A stretch of DNA of 62,546 bases, taken from a virus (lineage: Duplodnaviria > Caudoviricetes). The notes below the pieces were generated by a model. That model had not been told where the DNA came from. It searched no databases and saw nothing but the letters and a program-made list of their open reading frames with translations. Each line of letters begins with the position of its first letter. Within the stretch, counting starts at the first letter, position 1. The position numbers were made by a program, and so were the translations under genes. The DNA is taken from positions 1-62,546 of the IMG/VR virus record IMGVR_UViG_3300025013_000127. One strand, written 5' to 3'. Below, one piece after another: positions 57,889 to 62,546 of the stretch.

Positions 57889-58707
57889 TCAATGACCTCT
57901 CTCGTTGGATTGGGACAGTTTCTTAAGGATCTGAACTTCAACGTGTGTCAGTTCTTCGTCCATTTGAGTGAATGGGGGCATGAACTCATGGATAGATATC
58001 CATTGGTTTCGCTGCCCAGGCAGTATGTAGGCCTCTTGGTCATCAACTAGCCATACATCACCAGGTGGCCCTATTCGCTCCAGATCTTTCTGCATATGGC
58101 GCTCGCAGACAAAGAGTTCCAGATCGGCAAACCATGCTGGCGCGCTTCCCTCTACCGCGAGGATACCCATTATCCTTCTCGCCGCGGTTTCAGGCACAGA
58201 TGTGAAAATTACCACACGGTCGAAGGTCTCCCTACAGAAAGACAAAAAATCCAAAAGGCCCGGGCGGGGGAAGGCGCTCACGGCGTTGCTGATTAACGTC
58301 CCCTCCAGATCCAGGGCGAGAGTATGGTGTTTCATGCTAGGACTGAGATCGAGTTCGACTTCGAGAAGCGGCGACTGGTTGAAGACAAAGGACAGTTTAC
58401 CAGTATCCCACCACCGATAGTTTTCCGCTGGAGTTGGCCCCCGATCGTGCAGCACCTCGAGCCACTTCCGCATTTCAGGTGGCTGCACCCGCCATTCTCT
58501 GTCTTCGTGTCCTACCAGGGCGCGCTTTTTCAAGGTGCGAAGTCCACTCGCAATCCCTCCTGAGGTGAGCTGGTAGCGGGCCATGTAATCCTTCGAATAC
58601 AAATGGGCCGTCGGTTCCCGGGCAATGGCGTTCAAAAGACGCCGCTGGGAAGGTGACAAATTGGTGATCCGTGCCTTCCAAATGTGTTTCAGATCGATCA
58701 ACGCCAT
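57889..58707 (-). CDS. Winged-helix domain fused to a HAD/NIF-type phosphatase
   Basis: LSPSQRRLL.AIA N-terminal domain; LDLEGTL, RPGL..FL, KDL, LVDD. Confidence 0.8.
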   Translation of the reverse strand: MALIDLKHIWKARITNLSPSQRRLLNAIAREPTAHLYSKDYMARYQLTSGGIASGLRTLKKRALVGHEDREWRVQPPEMRKWLEVLHDRGPTPAENYRWWDTGKLSFVFNQSPLLEVELDLSPSMKHHTLALDLEGTLISNAVSAFPRPGLLDFLSFCRETFDRVVIFTSVPETAARRIMGILAVEGSAPAWFADLELFVCERHMQKDLERIGPPGDVWLVDDQEAYILPGQRNQWISIHEFMPPFTQMDEELTHVEVQILKKLSQSNERGH

Positions 58708-58718
58708 ACGCCCTCTGT

Positions 58719-59516
58719 TCAGACCTTGATTTTCAAACGGTAATCGAAATCCGGATTTTCCTCATGGCTCAGGTACCCAAAGGGGTTGCAGACCACCCTA
58801 GTTGAGCCGATCCGGTAATCAAATGAGTTGTGGGTATGGCCATGCAGCCATAGATCGGGACCATTTAATGTAATTTCTTCCGTTAAGTCTGTGAAAAACG
58901 CGGCGTTCAGCGGATTCCCGGCATATTGATAGTGGACACTCCAGGGAGAAATACAATGATGGGAGATCACGACCGATTTTTCCGTCTTGGTCTTGGCTGC
59001 CTTGATCTGGCCGAAAATATATCGTTTGCATATCTCATGCATATCCACAGTTTGAGCTGGGGTGAGCGTTGATCCATCCTTATGCGAAATCCGGCGAAAA
59101 TCGTTAATTCGGGCGGCTGCATACTCCATCACGGCTGATCCTCGGCCATAGAACGATGTCCACAGAGTCCCCCCTATAAATCGGACACCATCGATCATTG
59201 CCGAGCTGTTAACCAAAAAATGGACGTTCGCCGGCAGGTCGTATACTTTGGCCAGCTTCTTCTCCTCACCTAACATGCAGTTGCCATAAAACTCATGGTT
59301 TCCGGCAACAAGGACCACGGCTCGGAACCGGCTTGCAAGTACTTTCAGCGGCTCGATCCAGGTCCTCGAGATGTGAAGCACTCCCAGGTCCCCAGCGATG
59401 CAGAGGATCGACGCAGACTTTTTCACGCCGGCGGTCAGTTGGTCATAGAACCAGTCAAAGTCTTCGCTTACCACGAACTTCTCAAAATGCATATCGGATG
59501 CTACCTGTATTTTCAC
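58719..59516 (-). CDS. Metallophosphoesterase B (different subfamily)
   Basis: SDMH, AGD, GNHE, GGTLWT, SHH, HGHTH, NPFGY. Confidence 0.9.
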   Translation of the reverse strand: MKIQVASDMHFEKFVVSEDFDWFYDQLTAGVKKSASILCIAGDLGVLHISRTWIEPLKVLASRFRAVVLVAGNHEFYGNCMLGEEKKLAKVYDLPANVHFLVNSSAMIDGVRFIGGTLWTSFYGRGSAVMEYAAARINDFRRISHKDGSTLTPAQTVDMHEICKRYIFGQIKAAKTKTEKSVVISHHCISPWSVHYQYAGNPLNAAFFTDLTEEITLNGPDLWLHGHTHNSFDYRIGSTRVVCNPFGYLSHEENPDFDYRLKIKV

Positions 59517-59668
59517 CTGAATGCCCTCCTGCCGTCACTTTACCCCAGCACAAACAGTCACACCACATTTTTGTGTGAGTTTCAATTCCTTTTATTTCCC
59601 CGAACGAGAATATGCTATAGTCCTGTCCAATTTATGCATCTGTAAGCAGTTATCTAATAGGAATACGT

Positions 59669-60439
59669 ATGGCGATAGTTATAGGGGATATTCATGGCGA
59701 TGCGGCCGTGGCACGGGCATTTTTAAACTATCACCCCCAAGAGGCGCATATTGCTTTGGGTGATTTGGTGGACAACCGGAAAAAAGTTGACCTGAAGGAG
59801 GAAATGACATGCCTGGATCTTCTGTTGGAGTCATCTGCGGTGCTGATCTGGGGCAACCATGACCTTGCATACCTTCCCGAACGACCTTGGCGATGTTTCG
59901 GTAACTTCAGCGAGTTCACATTTCGAGACAAGTACCAAGCGAATAGAGGTCGATTTGCTGCCGCCTATGCTGTCGATGGTTGGCTGTGCACCCATGCCGG
60001 TGTTAGCCCGCATGTTGCCAAACTGATGCCAGCAGAAACTATAGCCAGTGGCGTGGAGGCAATCGCAAACTGGATAAATGTCGAATTTGCAAAGCAGCTG
60101 CTAATTATGAATACTGACTTAGTTGCAGGAGATCCACGGTATGGATTCGGCTCATTATTCAAAGTCCCCTTGTGTCGTGGAGGCCATGATGGTTTCGGCG
60201 GGATCTTCTGGTGTGATTTTGAAGAAGAACAGACCCAGCCAGCTCCTGCTGTTGGGAGACAAATTTTCGGCCATTGCCCGGTTCCTTATCCCGAACGGGG
60301 TAACAGCTTCGTATTACATGGCAGCGAAATTTTGAAAGGGCCGTCATGGCTGAACATGAACACCATTGAAGGCGGGGCCTGGATCTACGATACAAAGACA
60401 GACGAGATCGTCGACGTTGCAACGGGGCGTCCCCGCTGA
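59669..60439 (+). CDS. Metallophosphoesterase C (paralogue of A)
   Basis: Same MAIVIGDIHGD start; WGNHDLAYLPE, WLCTHAGVSP, GGIFW. Confidence 0.9.
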   Translation: MAIVIGDIHGDAAVARAFLNYHPQEAHIALGDLVDNRKKVDLKEEMTCLDLLLESSAVLIWGNHDLAYLPERPWRCFGNFSEFTFRDKYQANRGRFAAAYAVDGWLCTHAGVSPHVAKLMPAETIASGVEAIANWINVEFAKQLLIMNTDLVAGDPRYGFGSLFKVPLCRGGHDGFGGIFWCDFEEEQTQPAPAVGRQIFGHCPVPYPERGNSFVLHGSEILKGPSWLNMNTIEGGAWIYDTKTDEIVDVATGRPR

Positions 60440-60446
60440 TCTAGAT

Positions 60447-60593
60447 TGTGAACCGGCGTGGAACTTTGACCCAGCATCGGCGCCCAAGGTTGACCCATCT
60501 CATGGTGTCAGGATCGTAAAATTAGTGAGTTAGAGATTGAGGTGGGTCAGGGTTCGACGCCGATAGCGGGTCAATCTTCGAAGCCGACTCACA
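60447..60593. mobile_element. IS21-family mini-element (147 bp), no TSD
   Basis: TGTGA...TCACA ends, with paired TGACCC/GGGTCA internal repeats. Confidence 0.75.
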
Positions 60594-61089
60594 TCTTGCG
60601 CCGACGCTCAAACGCAAGGAACGAGTTGGCCGTTATGAGGCCGGTCGGCCCCGTGAATTGTATCATCTGGATTTCTACCACTTCTTCATCCACAAGCAGA
60701 AACAGTGCGTGCTGTTCATCGAAGACGACCATTCCCGTTTCATAGCAGGGTGGGCAATGGTCCCGACCGAGCAAGCCGATCCGGTGATCGAGAGCTTCGA
60801 ACTGGCAGTACGGGGCCGCCCTGAAGGAGTGATGAGCGACAGAGGCTCTGCCTTTCACTCATGGAAAGGGTTGTCCCGCTTCGAGGCCTTGTTGGAGGAG
60901 TACGAAGTCAATTATTACCTGGCGAAGGGGTGGTCCCGGCATGGTGGATTTTAGTTTGGCGACTTAATATGCCTCACCAACCACCCTTTTCCCTACCACT
61001 ATCCCAATATTTTCTGCCCCATCAGCCAGATTTGCGGTTTCCCTCCGTAGGAGACCACCCGGAACAGTTCCAGCCCGCGGCTATCCGGG
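60594..61089. pseudogene. Fragments of an rve/IS481-like DDE transposase
   Basis: + strand HLDF...DDHSRFI...PEGVMSDRGSAF; a probable C-terminal piece lies on the - strand at 60999-61089. Confidence 0.65.
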
Positions 61090-61803
61090 TTAGTTATGTC
61101 TGCCCTGCGCAATCTGCTCGCGTTCATATGGGTTACGGTGGGGTAGGCTCTTTTCCAGCGTCTGAGCCATAACCACCTTCGAGGATTCTCTAAGCCAATG
61201 TTCACTAGGGATCATTGCGTCGGGTTCAGCCCCTTCGACGATCATAAGTCCGAAAACCTTTTTCCCGCAGCTTATTTCCCATGCTGCGTCCATGTGCCTA
61301 AGCATTTGACTGCGGGAAGGCATCCAGGTGGTAGTCGTGGTTGCTGTCCTCTCGGTACGTTTCCCCTCGACGGCCAGAATGAAGTCTTTGGCCTCTAGGA
61401 AAACATCTGGCTGCGATCTTCCCTCAAGAACGTACCAGGCGCTCTTATAAGGTCCCTCTAGAAGAATAAGCGCTTCTGCAATCGTGTCAGGATCTTTCGC
61501 CACGAGAAGCTCTCGCTTTTCGCGTGTGGCCGGAGATCCCCAAAGGGAATCATTTGCTGGGGCAGTGACATTTTGTACCAGCCACTTAAGAAGGGAAGAA
61601 GGAGGAAGAAGGCGACGCTCCTTGTCCCCCCACCAGCAGACATGGTTATCCGCCAAATGGTCCGAAAGGCCTTTTAGCTTCCCTTTTGAGCTGGAACCTA
61701 ACTTGAGCAGAGGTAACAGCCACTGCCTCCCCCCCGGATCCTTTTTTAAGAGGGCATCGAATACTGGGACGACTCGTGTTAGAGATGAATTATATTTTCC
61801 CAT
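61090..61803 (-). CDS. PD-(D/E)XK nuclease-like protein, possibly C-terminally truncated
   Basis: EGRSQPDV...VEGKRTE...RSQMLR. Confidence 0.65.
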   Translation of the reverse strand: MGKYNSSLTRVVPVFDALLKKDPGGRQWLLPLLKLGSSSKGKLKGLSDHLADNHVCWWGDKERRLLPPSSLLKWLVQNVTAPANDSLWGSPATREKRELLVAKDPDTIAEALILLEGPYKSAWYVLEGRSQPDVFLEAKDFILAVEGKRTERTATTTTTWMPSRSQMLRHMDAAWEISCGKKVFGLMIVEGAEPDAMIPSEHWLRESSKVVMAQTLEKSLPHRNPYEREQIAQGRHN

Positions 61804-61898
61804 TGAGTCATGACTCCATCAGCCTGCGGCGTCTTTGCCCTTTCGGGCTCCTATCCCTGACGAGAAAACCCTCGGGCGGGATTTTCAATTGTCGCTGA

Positions 61899-62546
61899 TT
61901 ACCTTTCTCTGGCGTTAATCTGTAGTAAATCAGGATCGGCCTGTTTAAGCGCTGTCTCTACCTTTTGCTTCGCCTTGTTCGTTTTGCCGGATAGCTCAAT
62001 CGCATCCTGCAGGCTATCGAAAAGCTCCTCAATTTCTGTTTTTTGCTCAATGGTGTAAGGCAGCGGGTGCGCCTCGTACCCCGTGAAAAACCGATCCAGA
62101 CGAGGGGTGTTGCTGCGGAGTTGTATTATCCTGTCACACCAACGGTCCAGGTGATCATCCTTCACCGGCTGGATCAGGCCCTGGTCAATCAGCCTTTGCT
62201 GTATATCCGCTGCGTCTTTCTTTATGCGTTGCAACTTATCATCGGTGGTGGACGACTGAAACTGCGAGATAAACTCCTTCGAACCTGAAAAGGTACTTCT
62301 GAGCGTCTCCCAAGAAGCCGTAGGACACCAGCGCCCCCAGTATGTCTCGATGGTGAAGCCGTTTATGAAGCTCTTTGGCACCTCTTTTGCCGGCAGGTCT
62401 TTCAGGTCCAGGACCTGCCGGGTAAAGGTCTCGCCGGCTTCAAATCCGACCGCAGCCAGCTCCTTAGCAATAGAACCTTTTTCCTTGGCCAGTGCAGTAA
62501 GTGCGTACTTGATGCCTGTGTGCTGTTGAGTGGACCCTATAGTCAA
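61899..62546 (-). CDS. Hypothetical protein, 5' end probably outside the window
   Basis: Open frame to the window edge. Confidence 0.55.
   Translation of the reverse strand: MTIGSTQQHTGIKYALTALAKEKGSIAKELAAVGFEAGETFTRQVLDLKDLPAKEVPKSFINGFTIETYWGRWCPTASWETLRSTFSGSKEFISQFQSSTTDDKLQRIKKDAADIQQRLIDQGLIQPVKDDHLDRWCDRIIQLRSNTPRLDRFFTGYEAHPLPYTIEQKTEIEELFDSLQDAIELSGKTNKAKQKVETALKQADPDLLQINARER

Overview
The window is a nested set of mobile elements, probably from a Geobacter/Desulfuromonadia-like deltaproteobacterium (inferred from gene style). (1) 1-51955 is a chromosomal integron. It has a frameshifted and truncated intI, a putative attI, and at least eight cassettes separated by seven attC sites, six of them unusually short (49-53 bp). 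Five cassettes carry G-run/RAYT-like footprints between the ORF and the attC. (2) A chloroplast-like class group II intron (3893-6077) lies inside the array. (3) A 40.6-kb, apparently complete Mu-like transposable prophage with a contractile tail (8566-49123) splits one cassette ORF in frame. Its ends are non-canonical: ACAAG...CTTGT imperfect inverted repeats with a 3-bp GTG duplication. It also has a repressor with a transmembrane tail, a structured late leader, a holin-lipoprotein fusion, and two large signal-peptide proteins inside the tail operon. (4) 51956-62546 is a decayed accessory region with IS remnants, two IS21-type MITEs, recombinase/Fic/antitoxin pseudogenes, and a cluster of three metallophosphoesterases plus a HAD phosphatase. 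All family names come from motif recognition by eye, not database searches.
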